A DNA stretch of 64,000 nucleotides, taken from NCBI GenBank assembly GCA_004431415.1, contig QPMI01000079.1, forward strand, positions 82,151 to 146,150, in the 5' to 3' direction. A program made the translations under genes and the position numbers. The DNA is from Cyanophora paradoxa CCMP329. Lineage: Eukaryota > Plantae > Glaucophyta. Under the pieces are notes generated by a model. That model saw only the letters and a program-made list of their open reading frames with translations, was not told the DNA's origin and ran no database searches. Shown piece by piece: positions 9,159-21,851 of this stretch. Positions within the stretch are counted from its first letter, which is position 1; every line of letters starts with the position of its first letter.

Positions 9159-12100
9159 CTAGGCGGGGGGCGCCGGCGAGGCCGCGGCCGCCGGCGCCGA
9201 GAGCCAGCGCCGGAAGTGCTCGTGGGACGTCGAGATGTGCAGCAGCTCTGCCCCGACGATATCGATTGCAAGTCACGGTTCCGGAGGTCTTGGCGGGCTG
9301 CTCAGCGAGAGGCCGCGCGGGGCGGACGCGCACCGGTGTGGCCGGCGGCGACGCGGACCGACTCGCGGGCGCGGGCGTCCAGCGCAGCCGCCGACTCCGT
9401 CGGCACCGTCCCCTGGTTTCAACGGCGGCTCAAAACTAGAGGCGAAAGAACGGAAAAGATAGGAGGGGGGGAGGGGGGGGTGGGGGGGGGAGGGGGAGGG
9501 GGGAAAAGGAGGGAGGGGGAGCCCTTTGCAGAAGGGGGGGGGGCAGGGGGGGGTGCCTTTGCAAAAGAGAGGAGAGGGGGCCGGGATGGGGGGGGATGGG
9601 GAGGGGGGGTAGGCGGCGCACGTCGCCGTCGACCATCTCGAAGACGGGGGGTACGCCCACGATCTCCCCCAGGGAGGCCACGCCGGCGGGGTACGTGGCG
9701 TTGTAGGGCGTCGGCTTCGCGGTGCCCACGACGACGTACGTCTCGCGGGGCACGCGCGCGCCCAGCCAGCGCTTCGTTCGCGAGCCCGAGGCCCGACGGT
9801 CAGCGGCTCGCGCGCCCGAAGGACGGCGCCGAGCGCGTGCGGAGCACCTGCACGTTGGCCACCGCGGGCTCGCGGATCTGCGGGTAGAGCGGCCAGGGGC
9901 GCGACTCGCCTGCGCCGGGGCCGGCCTCAGGTGCGGAACCAAACAAGGAGCGAAAGGCGGGACAAAACGCGCGCCGGCGACAGTGAGGTTGTTGCGGGTG
10001 AGGGCCTCGGAGAAGGCCCCCAGCGCCTCGTCCGGTCCTGCGCATGCGCCCCGCCGGCTCGCGATCGCGCGATCTAGGCCGGGCCGGTCCGGGCGGCGCG
10101 CTCTAGATCTCCCAGGCGGGGCCGGCTCGTCGAGCCCGAGGTCCAGGCGCGGGGCGCACCGACGTAGGTTCGCGTGCCGCCGCCGATGAAGTTGACGGCG
10201 ACGGAGGGCGGCAGGGCCCAGCGCCCGGAGAGGGGGTACAGCTCCCAGAAGGCCGGCGAGTAGAGCACGAAGTTGCGGATGTAGGGCATCATCAGAGAGA
10301 CCGCCTCAGAGTCTGCGCACGCGCCGCGGCCCGGCGGCCGGCGAGCTCAGGCAAGAGGGGTACGTGTTCCGGATCCGGGCGGGGCGGGTGGGGGGGGGTA
10401 CGCACCGGAGTCGACGGTAAAGCCGTAGGTGACCCCCTCGTAGCAGCGGCCCCTGCGCCCCCCGGACCCGGGCCCAGCTGAAGCGAGGCCCAGGGCGCCC
10501 CCGGCTGTGTGCCCGCCTCTCTTAGCTGCACTAAGCCGCACAAAGCGCCGACATGACGGCACGGCGCAAGGCTGGACGCAGAGGTCGAGGGGGCGGGCGC
10601 ACGGGGCGCCGAGGAAGGGCGTGCCGACGACGATCCACTGGCGCACGAGCTCGTCCACCGCCTCCGGGTGCGCCGTGAAGTACTGCGCGCGCGGGATCCG
10701 AGCCGGGGCGGGCGGGCGACGTCTCAGGCCTCAGTTCCTGCACGCGCTCGCTCGCGCCGCCCTAGCTATAGACAGATCCTGAAGATCTGGATATCAAGAG
10801 CATCGCCCTATTGCATCGCCCGCCCGCCCGCACGCGCAAGCTTAAGCGCGCCACGCCAGCTATAGATCTAGATCTCAAGCTCCGCCCTATGTATCGCTGC
10901 GGCACGCCCTAGGTCTGCCCTAGGTCTTGAGTCTGCCCTAGATCTTGAGGAAAGAGCCGCACGCGCCCCTAGGTCTGCCCTAGGTCACTTGAGGAAAGCG
11001 CGCGGGTCGCGACGGCGCACGGAAAGCGAGAGGAGGCCGCCCATCGAGTGCGCCACTGAGAGGAAGGAGGCGAGGCGGGAGCGCCTCAGAAGAAGAATCG
11101 ATCCGAGGCGGGGTGGGGCGAGGGGCGGGGCGGGGCGGGGCGGGGCGGGGCGCACGGAGGGTGACGGGCCGCCCCGTCTGGTTGCGGACGCCGCCCACGA
11201 GCCGGTGCAGCTCATCCAGCTTCCCCGTGTCCCCGTTCGTCGTCCGCCAGTCTGCGGCGCGGCGGAGAGATCAGAGCGGGGAGGGGGGGGGAGAAGAGGG
11301 GGGTAGGGGCGCGCCGTAGGGGAAGGCCCAGAGGTCCTCGCCCGGCACGTACCCCATCTCCTCCGTCAGGAAGTCAATCAGCGGCTGGCGACGGCCGAAG
11401 GCGCGGATCAGAGGGGCGTGGGTGCGAAGGGAGCGGAGAGGGGCGGAGGGGCTCGGATTCCGGGCGAAATGTTCAGATTCCGGGGGGCGCGCGCGCCTGC
11501 ATGTACCCGGCGGAGCCGAAGAGGCCGGCTGCCTTGAAGAGCTCGGAGTTCCCGGCCAGGTTCGCGACGGCGAACAGGCCGCTGTTCTCCTGCGCGCGAG
11601 CGCGGCGCAGCGCGGCGCGGCGCGGCCGCCGCGGTCAGTCCAGATACAGAAGCCAGCTGGCTCGAGCTGGCGCGCGCGGAAGGTCTGTGGGGGCGCACCG
11701 GGGGCGGGGAGACCTTGAGCTGCGTGGAGAGCTGCGCCGTGCTGTTCGTCGCGGGGTCGTAGGTGAGGTAGAGGCCCCTCACGAGGGCGTCCCCTGCGCG
11801 CCCGCGCCGGTTTCAGCTTCGAGCGCGCGCCACCAGGTTCGAATTCGATCGGGCGCACCGATCGGCGTGATGTTCGTCTCGTTCTTGCGGAGCCGGTTGG
11901 CGGCGTCCTGGGCCTGCGCGCCCCTCGGGCCAGTCGGCTTCGAATTCAGCGAGGATCGCAGCTTCAGAGCACGGACCTCAGAGATGGGGACGTCCGGCAG
12001 CCACGCCTGGATCGTCGTCCCGTCGAGGCCCTGCGCGTTCAGCACGCTGCTCGGAGCGCCGGCGCGCGCCGCAATTGAGCGAAGACGGCCGCGAGGTGCG

Positions 12101-12256
12101 CATACATATGCAGCGCAACACCGGCACGGCAAACAGAACTCGAAACGAGCGGGCTAGCCTGCTCTCGATGCCTGGAATGAGGATGACCGGCTGGTTGAGC
12201 GCGTGCGCCGCGCACGCGGCGAAGGCCGCCAGCAAGAGGAGCAGCGCCGAGCGCAT
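9159..12256 (-). CDS. Secreted LCAT/PLA2G15-family alpha/beta-hydrolase (phospholipase/acyltransferase), multi-exon
   Basis: Signal peptide MRSALLLLLAAFAACAAHA; PVILIPGIESSVLNA; GYVPGEDLWAFPY|DWR; nucleophile VAHSMGGLL; GTPFLGAP; acid DGD|GTVP; His in AGHT|ELL; stop at 9159. Several N-glycosylation sequons. Confidence 0.88.
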
Positions 12257-12626
12257 GTCGTTCGGAGGGGGCGAGGTCTGGGCGGCAGCTCAGGTTTCGC
12301 CTAGCGGCTGGAATCGCGCAATTGCAACCTGACGCGCCTGGATGAGGCCGGAAGTTTCGGAGGTCACTTTGGCAGTGTGACTTTGCGCCTCGACGGGTAC
12401 AGCGTGCAGCATTTTTTCGCGGAATTTTAGCCCCACGCACAGTCGTATAAGAGCCACTCTCGGCAGCGATCGCAGCTCCAGCAGCGTGTGCGAGTGCTTG
12501 TTCTAAGAATCAAAGCAGTCCTGCCGCAGCGCGCGTCCGACTTGCATGCGCAATCAAGTGAGTAAGTTAGCTTGCCAATTGTAGCGATCAGGAGAAGGGC
12601 GGCCTGTGGAGGCCGCAGAGTGAAAC
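12257..12626. promoter_or_regulatory. Probable bidirectional promoter between divergent genes
   Basis: Only 370 bp separate ATG 12256(-) and ATG 12627(+); TATAAG at ~12446. Positional inference. Confidence 0.4.
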
Positions 12627-15600
12627 ATGGGCTTCTGTTGTTGTGGTGAGGAGCCCACGGTTGCTGCCGCAACCAAGGGAGTTGCTCCTGCCACCAACCC
12701 CTCGATGAAGACCCGGCGAAAGAGCGGCGACCCCGGTGCGCTGAGCCGCCTTTGCCTCTCAGTTGAGCACTTCAGCGGCGCTGACGCCGCCCGTCAGACG
12801 AACTCGCCGTGCTTCAGGCAATCGGCAGTCGCCTCTTCGCGGCGTTCGTGGAGAAGTTCATGGCCCAGACGGGTGCGCGGCGGGCCCCGCTGCGCGCTTT
12901 CGCGCTCCCTAAGCGCCCGCAGACGATCTGGTGGCGCTCTGCGACCAGCAGGGGAGCTGCGCGACGTACTCGGCCACGCTCGCCAAGCGGATCTGGACGG
13001 ACTTCACGCTCTTCGGGGGGGAGGAGATGTCGTGCGCGGCGCCTCCTCCCGCGCGCTGCGCGCGCAGCAGACCCACGCGGCCGCCCCGCCCCGCGCAGCC
13101 TGTTCGAGAACCAGACGCCGGCCTTCCGACAGCTGGTCACGAACGGCTTCAAGAAGGCGATGGCGCTGGGGTCGTCGGAGACGCCCGTGGAGCTCTACGC
13201 GCAGATGCGCGTGGGCGGCCTGCCGGCCTCCACCTCCTCCCAGATCATGGACGCCAAGCTCACCATCACGCCCCTCAAGCCGGCCCCGCCGCGCAAGCGG
13301 GAGGACCCGCGCGGCCAGCTCCCGGGCGCCGCCGCCGCGCAGGCGCAGCTCCCCGACAAGTACAAGAAGGAATTCTTCGCCGTCTTCGTCCGCTTCCCGG
13401 CGCTCGAGTCGCGCGCGGGTTCCGTCGCGGCGCTGCAGCCCAAGGCCTCCGTCGCCCGCATGCGGGCGCGTGCCCCGCCCCGCCCTGACCCGCCCCGCCC
13501 CGCTTGCGCCTCTGAGCCGGCGCCGCAGCCGCCGAGGGCGGTCGCTATGGCGGCGCACAGCATCGCCCAGTCCTCCATCGGCGAGGCGCGCCCGCCCGCG
13601 CCGCGCCGCCCTCGCGCCCCGCTCCCGCCCCGCCTGACCCGCGGCCGGCGGCACCGGCGCAGGCGCTCAAGTCGCCCGGGGACTCGTTCAGCGCCGGCGG
13701 GGGGGCGAAGATGAGCCCGGCCGACCTCGGGATCATCCCCCCCTCGGCGGCCGGGACCTGGGCCGGCTCCCTCGAGGACGGCACGGGCACCGACTCCAAG
13801 CGCAGCGAGCGGCGCGCACGCACACACGCGCCCCCGTGGCGCTCCGCCCTCGACCGCCCCGTCTGACGCGTCCCCGCAGGGCGCCGGAGGGGCACGCCTC
13901 CGCCGGCATCGCCAACTCGGCTTCTGCCGCAGCCGCCGCCGCCGCCGCCGCCGCTGCAGCCGCGTGCTCCGAGTGCGAGGAGCTGCAGGTGCGGCATCGA
14001 TGCCTCCTCCCTCGCCCCCGCCCCGGCCCCACCGCTGAGCGCCCGCCCCCCCCGGTTCGCGCCGCAGACGGCTGTGGCGACGCTGGAGCACCGCGTGGAG
14101 GAGCTCGCGGAGGCCCGCGCAGCCCTCCAGGCGAGCCGCCGCCCTCCGCTTCGCTTGGGCGCGGCGCGGCGCGCCTGACGCCGGGGCGGGCGCGGCAGCT
14201 GCGGGTGCAGTCGCTGGAGGCGGTCGGGTCGCTGGGGGCCGGCCCCGCGGTCGCCGTCGCCGTGCGGGACCGCGCCGGCCGCTACCGCTTCCTCAACTCG
14301 ACGGCCGCCCGCGCGCTGGCGCCGGGCAAGCGCCCCGCCGAGCTCATCGGGCGCACCCCGCACGACTTCCTGCCCCCCGAAATCGCCTCCGTGCGCCCTC
14401 CGCCCTTCGCCCTCCGCCCGCGCAGCCCGCGGGGCGGCCCCCCTGACTCGGCCTCGGCGGCAGAGGCTGGAGCTGCACGACAGTGCCGTCATCGGCGGCG
14501 GCACGCCCTCCGTCGTCGAGTTCGAGGTGCGCGCGCCGCGGCCCTGGGCCGCAGCCCGTTTGCTGCGCGGGCCGGACCCGGGAGCGAGCATGGGGGCGGC
14601 GGCAGGCGAAGGAGGGAGAGTACCCGTCCTCCGGGCGCCTGCTGGTGATTAAGTTCGGGTGGAGCTCGGCGCCCGAGGGGGAGGGGCAGGGCGGGGGCCC
14701 CGGCCCCGCCACCGACACCGTCGGCGGCGTCTGCGAGATCGTCGTCCCCGTCGCGTCGGCCCCGCCGGCAGGCGGCGCCTGGGCGCCCCCGCCCGAGGCC
14801 GAGACGGCGCGCGCGGCCCTCCGCGCCTGCGCCTTCTACAGCCGCAACCTCGTCGCCCCCGCCCTCGAAGTCGCCCGTGCGCTCTCGGCGCTTCCCGCCC
14901 GGGCCCGAGGTCGCCCCTGACGCCTCCCTCGGGCCGGGCAGAGCTGTGCGGGCAGCTCGACATGGGCCGCCTGGCCGCGCGGGAGGTCCACATCGTGCGG
15001 CGGGCCCTCTCCCTCGGCGCCGTCCTCTCGCGCTCCGCCCGCGCCCTCCACGCCGCCTTCGTCCACGCCTCCTCCTCCCCGGCCCCGGGCGCCCTCGCCC
15101 CCGCCCTCGGCCGCCCCGCCGGCCTCCCGCCCCTGCCCCCCGCCGGCTTCGCCGACATCAGCTCCCTCCTGGGCGCCGCCGAGAGCGCCCACGGCAAGGG
15201 CCGCATGCGCAAGTCCGACTCCCGTGCGCCCGGCTCCGCCCCGCTCCCATCCGGTCCGATTGCGAGCCAACTCTCGCGTGCAGAGTCGAGCCTGGCGGGG
15301 ACCGGCGAGGCGGTCGACGTCCACCTCGTCGTCGAGGCTGCCCTCGACGCCGCCGCCGCCGTGCGCCCCGCCCGCCCCCGCCCGCCCCGCAGCCCCGCCG
15401 CCTGCTCCAGCCTCTCTCGCCTGGCCTGGCCCGGTCTAGTTCTCGAGCCCTGGCCTGCTCCCTAAGCCCCGGCCCCTGTCCTCGTCCCGGCCCAGCGCCG
15501 CCCTGAGCGCCGGCCCTCGCCCGCAGGCCGCCGCCGCGCGCCGCGTCGACGTCCTCGTCTCCATCTCGCCCACCTGGTCCGACGCCCCGCGCCCCGCCCC

Positions 15601-18138
15601 GCCCCGCCCCGCGCGCTCGTGCGCCCCCGCCGAGGCGCCCGTTCCCCCCTCCCTCCTCCCCAGCACGCGGTTCCTGTACCAAGACGGGTACGCCCTGGCG
15701 GGGGCCCTCTCCGCCCTCCTCCAGTTCGCCCTCCCCGAGGTAGCCCCCGGCGACTCCGTGCGTGCCCCCCCCGCCCCCCCCCCCCCCCCCCCCCCCTCCC
15801 CTTCTAACAGGGCGGCGGGGCGGGGGCAGATGGTGCTGCGGGTGGAGGACGAGGACACGGACAAGCCGGCGCAGCACCGCGTCCTCTTCACCTTCTCGGT
15901 CCGCCCCGCTCGCCTCTCTCCCGCAGGCCCCGCGCCGCTGACGCCCCGCTCCAGCCCGGGGACGAGCCGCTGCGGACGCGGGACCCCGGGGCCCCCTCCG
16001 AGGCCGCCCCCGACGACCTCTACCGGGTCCGAGGCCCCTCCCGCCCCTCCGCTCCGCCCCGCCCCGCGCCGCTCACGGGCCCCGGGGCGCAGGCGGTGGA
16101 CGGGGAGACGGGGCGCGAGTTCCACGTCTGGCTTCTCAAGTCCCTCCTCCCCCAGGTCCGCACCGAGCCGGGCCGGCTCTGGCGCTTGCGCTCGGCGGTT
16201 CTTCTTCTGTCTGACCCCGCGGCGGCCCCCGCAGCTGCGCGACGTCCGGTGGCTAACGGCCTCGGCGGCGGCGGCCGGCGGCAGCGGCGCGCGCGGGGGG
16301 CCCCTGGGCGCGCAGGACGACTACGCGTCCCTGCAGGCCGCCACCATCGACGGCTCCATGCACGGCGCCGCCGCCGCCGCCGCGGCCCTCTCCGCCGCCG
16401 CCGGCAACGGCACCGGCGGCGACGGGCCCCTGACTTCCGTCCGCCGCGTCGCGAGGTGAGCCAAACCGAGCCAGGCCGGGCCGGGCCAAGCTCCCGAGGA
16501 GGCGGAGCGGGGCGGGGCCGAACAGACGCCTCGCGCAGGTCGCACACGCTGCTGGTGCCGGTGGGGCGCCCGGCGCCGGGCGTGCTGGTGCCCACCTCGA
16601 CCTTCCGCGACGACGAGTGGGACGTGCTCGGTGCGGCGCCCTTTCCGCGAGCCCTCCCGCGCCTGGTTGCATCTGATCGCGATCGCGGCGCGCAGTGCCC
16701 GGGGCGGTGAAGCAGCAGCCGTTCATCGGGCGCAAGCTCGTCCTCTGCGTCTCCAACGCCGCCCTCCGCGCCACCGTGCGCGACCGAGCGATCGCCGTCG
16801 CCGTCGCCGTCGCTGAGGCCCGGGGGCGGGGGCGCGCGCAGGTGCACGCGCACCTGAAGGAGTGGGGCGCCGACGTCGTCAACCTCCGCACCTTCAAGGC
16901 GCGCCCCCGCCCCCGCCCCCGCCCCGCCCCCCCTTCCTGCCTCCTCATCCTTCGCTGAGGGGCGGGGCGGCAGGGCCTCACGGCGATCGCCGGCGTGCAC
17001 GCGTACATCGTCGGGCCGCCCGTCGGGCCCCCCGGCGAGGACCGCGTCGCCAGGGCGAGCCCTCCCCCCCTCCGCAGAGACTCCGCCCGCTGAGGCGGCC
17101 CTCCGCGCGCGCGCAGACGCTGGCGAAGCACGACAAGCTGGTGAACCAGGTGGTCTTCATCGGGGACCGCCCCGACGTCGCCAACGTCAACCGCGGCCTC
17201 GTCGTGCCCCTCACCCCGTTGAAGCTCTCCACCCTCTTCCTCGTCCTCAAGAACCTGTGCGCCACTCCGACCCGCGTCGCTTGCTCGGGTCCGGTACTCT
17301 GTCAGAACTGATTCTTCCCGGCCCCAGGCTCTGGACGGTGGACAAGCTGCTGCGGAACCAGAACGCGCCGCCGCCGGAGATCCCGCCGGAGGGCGGGCAC
17401 AAGCGGCACCCGCCGGGCGTGCGGACCTCGTTCAGGACGCAGGAGGCCCGGCCCTCGCAGGCCGGCACCACCGCGCAGGACCTCCGGCCCTCCCAGGCCG
17501 AGACGACGGCGGCGGCGGCCACGGCGGCGCTGCTGCCGCCGGCGACGGCCGCCGCGACGGCCGCCTCCACGCGGCGGGCCGGCGACGCCGAGTCGGACGA
17601 CGACGCGAGCGCCCCGGCGGTGCGCGCGCCGCCCGCCTCGAGCGCCCCTCGCCCCCGCCCTCGCTGACGCGCGCCCCTCCGTCCACCCCGCAGGCCCGAG
17701 CGGCCCGCTGCCGCCGCCCCCCGCCGGCTCCCACAGCGGGGCGGAGCCGGACCTCGCCGACCGTGTCACTGCCGTCGGTACGCTCTCTCTAATCTAAAAG
17801 TCGGAGCCGGCCGCCTCCAAAGGGGGAGCGGTGCCTGACCTGACGCGCGCGCGCGGGCAGACACGCGCGTGGCGGACTCGGTCGTGGACGAGAAGGAGGA
17901 CGATCGCGAGGCGCCGGCGAGGCCGCACGGGGTCACGCCGGTCGACGTGCCCCCCCCGCTCCCCTCGGCGCGGGGCGGCCCGGGCACGGCGCGGAGCGGC
18001 GCCCCGGCCTCGGCGCGCAGCGGGGGCAAGTCGCAGGGGCACGGGCAAGCCGTGCCGGGGCGGGCCGTCGCCAAGCCCAAGTCGGTCCGCCTCGAGCCCA
18101 AGTCCGGCCACTCGACCCCCCAGATGCCCCCGAGCTAG
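12627..18138 (+). CDS. PAS-PAS / degenerate HisKA-HATPase / degenerate receiver protein with N-terminal MGFCCC acylation motif (pseudo hybrid histidine kinase), multi-exon
   Basis: PAS-like 1: FMAQTDDLVALCDQQGSCATYSATLAK. PAS_4-like 2: VAVRDRAGRYRFLNSTAARALAPGKRPAELIGRTPHDFLPPEIAS|RLELHDSAVI. Kinase-core-like: AFYSRNLVAPALE, VDVHLVVEAALD, FLYQDGYALAGALSALLQFA, MVLRVEDED. Receiver-like: FIGRKLVLCVSNAALRATVHAHLKEWGADVV ... VPLTPLKLSTLFLVLKNL. Stop at 18138. Confidence 0.7.
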
Positions 18139-18620
18139 CTAGCCACCTAGCCAGCTCTATTCGCGGAGACCCTATTCGAATCTCGTTGCTCGCTAAACCC
18201 TTACAGAGGGTGGATATTCGTATTTTATTGTCGTTCTATGCCAGCCATGGCTTTCTGTATTTACAGCTATTAACAACTAAGAAATGCCAGTGTTAAGTGA
18301 GCTTTATCTCCAGTCGCTGCAGCCGAAGCGTCACAGTTCTTTTGCAGCTACAGTTTATAGCGTCCGTTGGCATATTCAGAGGCTACGTTGGGGTAGAGCT
18401 TAGCTGCAGTGCTGCTTTTATATTTGAATCGCGAATGCTGGGGCCCGGGGTCCGGCTTGGACCGCGTATACGTAGAGGGGTTTTTGGGCTTCGGCTATGA
18501 TTCTGAGGCTTGCGTTCTGGCAGTGTAAATTATCATAGTTTGTCGAATATTAATAAAGTAAGTAAAGCGACTTTCTTACAAGCGAGCTCGAGTCCCTGCG
18601 GAGCAGGAGTGGCCTTGGGT

Positions 18621-18721
18621 CTACCGTAGACGACTTAAATACCGCGCCACATATTACCGCGTTCTAAAATTTCGGCGCCGGTAGGCGCTTTAGCGCGGTA
18701 CCAAATTAGCGCGTTTTCATC
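18621..18721. mobile_element. Terminal ~100 bp of another member of the CTACCGTAGACGAC TIR family
   Basis: ctaccgtagacgacttaaataccgcgccacatattaccgcgttctaaaatttcggcgccggt... is the reverse complement of ~8275-8374 with few mismatches. The opposite end was not found by eye. Confidence 0.8.
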
Positions 18722-20074
18722 AATTTGGGGTACGGCCCATACAAAAGTGTTAGCGCCCTGCAGCTGGCCGCGCGCCAGGCCGGGGCGGACTTAGGTGTCT
18801 TAGGCCTACAAATGGGGTAGTAGGTGTCTTCAAATATACGAATTTCGCTTTCTAAAATTTGTGACAAGATACCCACAGACCTAAGGGCCTCTCCTTTCCC
18901 CAAGGCCGATGCCTTCGCGTTCCTTTGCGCCCTCTTCCTCACTTGGCCTGCCTGGCCGGCGCCGGAACTCTTCGAGGAAAATTGTTTTTCATGCCTTCAA
19001 CTTCGCGCCCTCCCCTCCCCCACCACCCCCCGGGCCCCCTTACCCCCATGCCACCCCCACCCCCACCACTCCATCGCAACCATCGCAATTTTTTTTGCAA
19101 CCCCACCACTCCTGTGCCCCTCCATCGCAACCAGTACTCATCATCATCGGATCAGAGACTCGAGCTCGCGATGCGCGCGCGCACCACGAAGGGAGACTAG
19201 TACTCGAGCTCGCGATCACATGCAGTCGAATTCAAACGCTTATGATTACAAATTAGTTTCTCGATATCGGCTCCACGGGACCGGCGCCGGCGCTGGCCGC
19301 GGCCCAGGCCCTGATCACGAGGTCTTTGGCAGCGCCGGCCGCGTCTACCAGCCCATATCAAAGGGGTCGTCCATGTCCTCGAACCCAGTGAATTAGAAGG
19401 GCTGCGCATGCATATGATTCATGATCATGATCAGGCCGAATCGAAAAGCGGCATGATCTCGGATTGAGATAGATATACCGATATTCAATTAATATATATT
19501 TGGATTTCAAATCCTGCTCCCTCTAGAATTTATGAAGATCTAGAGATCTAGACCCCATGGCCACCTGCAGTCGCACTACATATTTTATTTGATTAATACA
19601 CGCGCACCAGGCAGACCTCGCATAAGTCCTCGAACCCGGCGGGGGGCTGCGGACGAGCCTGGCGTAAGCCCCGCGTCTCGACGGGGGGATTCACGAGACG
19701 CTGGGATTCATGATCATGATCATGATCATGATCATGATCAGTTTGCAAACACGGGCATGATCACAGCGAAGTGGGGGGGTACCCCCGCCATTAACACTCG
19801 AGTCCCATACAAACCTGTCCAAGTAACTGCCAGAACAGGCAATAACTGCCGGCCGCCCGCCGGCGCCCGGGCGCCGCGCTAGCAAGCTAGCAGCTCTTAG
19901 CTACGTCTAGCCAGGAGAATGGAAGCGGTCCGGTCAACGGGGGCGCCCTGGTTCGGAAGTTCGACTCGTAGCTAGTGCGGGCCGGCCGGGCCATCGCGGA
20001 GGCGCGCCGTGGCCAGCTCACCGCATCGTTAGTTCGTCTGGCATGTCGTAGACGAGAGGGCGCGCCCCGCCGAG

Positions 20075-21560
20075 CTAGCTGTGGTCCGCGGAAGGTGACT
20101 GCCGCGCACTGCGAACGTAGGATCGCAGGAAGCTGACCGCTGGCATCGCAGAGCCGACGCAGGACGTCGCGAACGGAATGAGCATCTGATGAGCATCTGC
20201 TGATGCGCTGGGCTGGTCGCCGCGCGACCGGCCTGACCGACGCCCCGCCAGGAGGCCGCGCACCAGCCGCGCGCCTCGCCGGCCGAGCGCAGGTGCAGCC
20301 TCGCCTTCCGAATGAGCTTTAGCTAAGCTGACAGTGATGAACGACGCTCGCAGCGCGCGCGGGACGCCGTTCCTGGGCCGCCCGCTCTTGGTGGTGGTTG
20401 CCGCCCCTCAGGAGTCGCCGTGGTGCGGGCGCGACCTTTTGCATCCTTTCCTCAGCTCGTTTCTGATGTTATCTACATGCAGGCATTGCGTGCGCATGGT
20501 GTGGCGCTTCGAGGCGGGCGTTCTTGACCGAGAACGCCACCTGGTCCCCCTTCTTGGCCAGACCTTGCTTCTCCCCGTCGCTCTCCGCGTCTCCCTTTGA
20601 TAGCGCGTCGTCTAGATTGTTATGTACGATGAATCTATGCGTTTTCCCGCCGCCGCGCCCGCCCCCCCTCTCCAGGGTTGAGTGCCACCACTGCACCACT
20701 CTAGCAGAGGCGCCCTGCGCGCCCAGCACGCCCCGCAGCACTGGAGATGAATGAAAACGATGTAAATTACATAGAAGTACATCAGAGCACGATCCAATGC
20801 GTCCGGGAAGCGCGGGCAAGGGGTCCGAGCCTGGCCCCATGTCCTTGCCACCACCACCGCCAGCCTCCGAACGCAGCACGGCGCCCTGCACAGCACGCGC
20901 GCGGTGCGCAACATAGTTAGCCTTGCGTAGGAGCACAGCTGGCGCGGGGGTTCTGCCGGGATGCGCACCGGGAGCGACCAGCACCGCAGCAGTGACGGGC
21001 ACCAAGCCAAACCGCGCGGCGGACTCGCCCAATGGCCCCGGCGTAAGCTGTTGACACAAACGATGCCGCCAGCGCGCTGCGGGCGTCGGGCGAGGTCGGG
21101 GTTGGTCGCCGGCAGGCGAGCGGGCGGGCGCAGCGGGCGGACCTCATCATCATGCCAAGGCGAGGACGCCGACCATTCCCGAACGCTTCCAGCACCTTAC
21201 AATCCTGTTTGAAGCACGTTAGACCCGCGCAGCTAGAGCGCCCAGGTCGCCGCACCTTCCAGAGCACACCGCCTGGCGGGCGGGCGGCGCGGTCGCGCTG
21301 TATCGACGCAGATGATGTCTATATGACCTGTGCGGACCTCCTGATACGCCGCCAGGCAGCGCCGAGCTCGCCCGCCTCCGCCACTCCCGCCAGGCAGCGC
21401 CCGAAGACGGCGCCTAGATCAACGGCAAGCTGGGGATCTGTTACGTTCAATCGATAGAGCTTCGAACGCTCTGCTCGCTGTACTAGCCGCGCCTGGCGGA
21501 GTGGTGCCGTTTTGGAGAAAGTGGTGGCGAAAGTGCGGTAATCCGCCAAACCGGGTTGGA
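20075..21560 (-). CDS. Exon-like fragments of an unknown gene or pseudogene
   Basis: GT/AG-bounded segments such as GGVLWK|DCKVLEAFGNGRRPRLGMMM and HRFIVHNNLDDALSKGD. I could not build a consistent model. Confidence 0.25.
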
Positions 21561-21851
21561 CTTCAAGTCCTAGGCGGCCCATACAACTCGAATGTTAATG
21601 CACCTACCCCCCCCACACTTCGCTGTGGATCAGTTTGCAAACACGGGAAGAGGAACAAGAGGAAATTAAATCGGCGGGGCCCGGGGTCGAGGCGCCGGCG
21701 CGGATTCATGATCAAGCTGAATCGAAAATTTAAAGCGGCATCGATATCGAATTGAATCGCAAATGCGCAGCTCTCTCTGAAATTTATAAAGATCTAGAGA
21801 CCCTAAAAGAGGAAAAAGAGGAAATTAAAGCCGCCCCGGCCGGGGCCCGCA

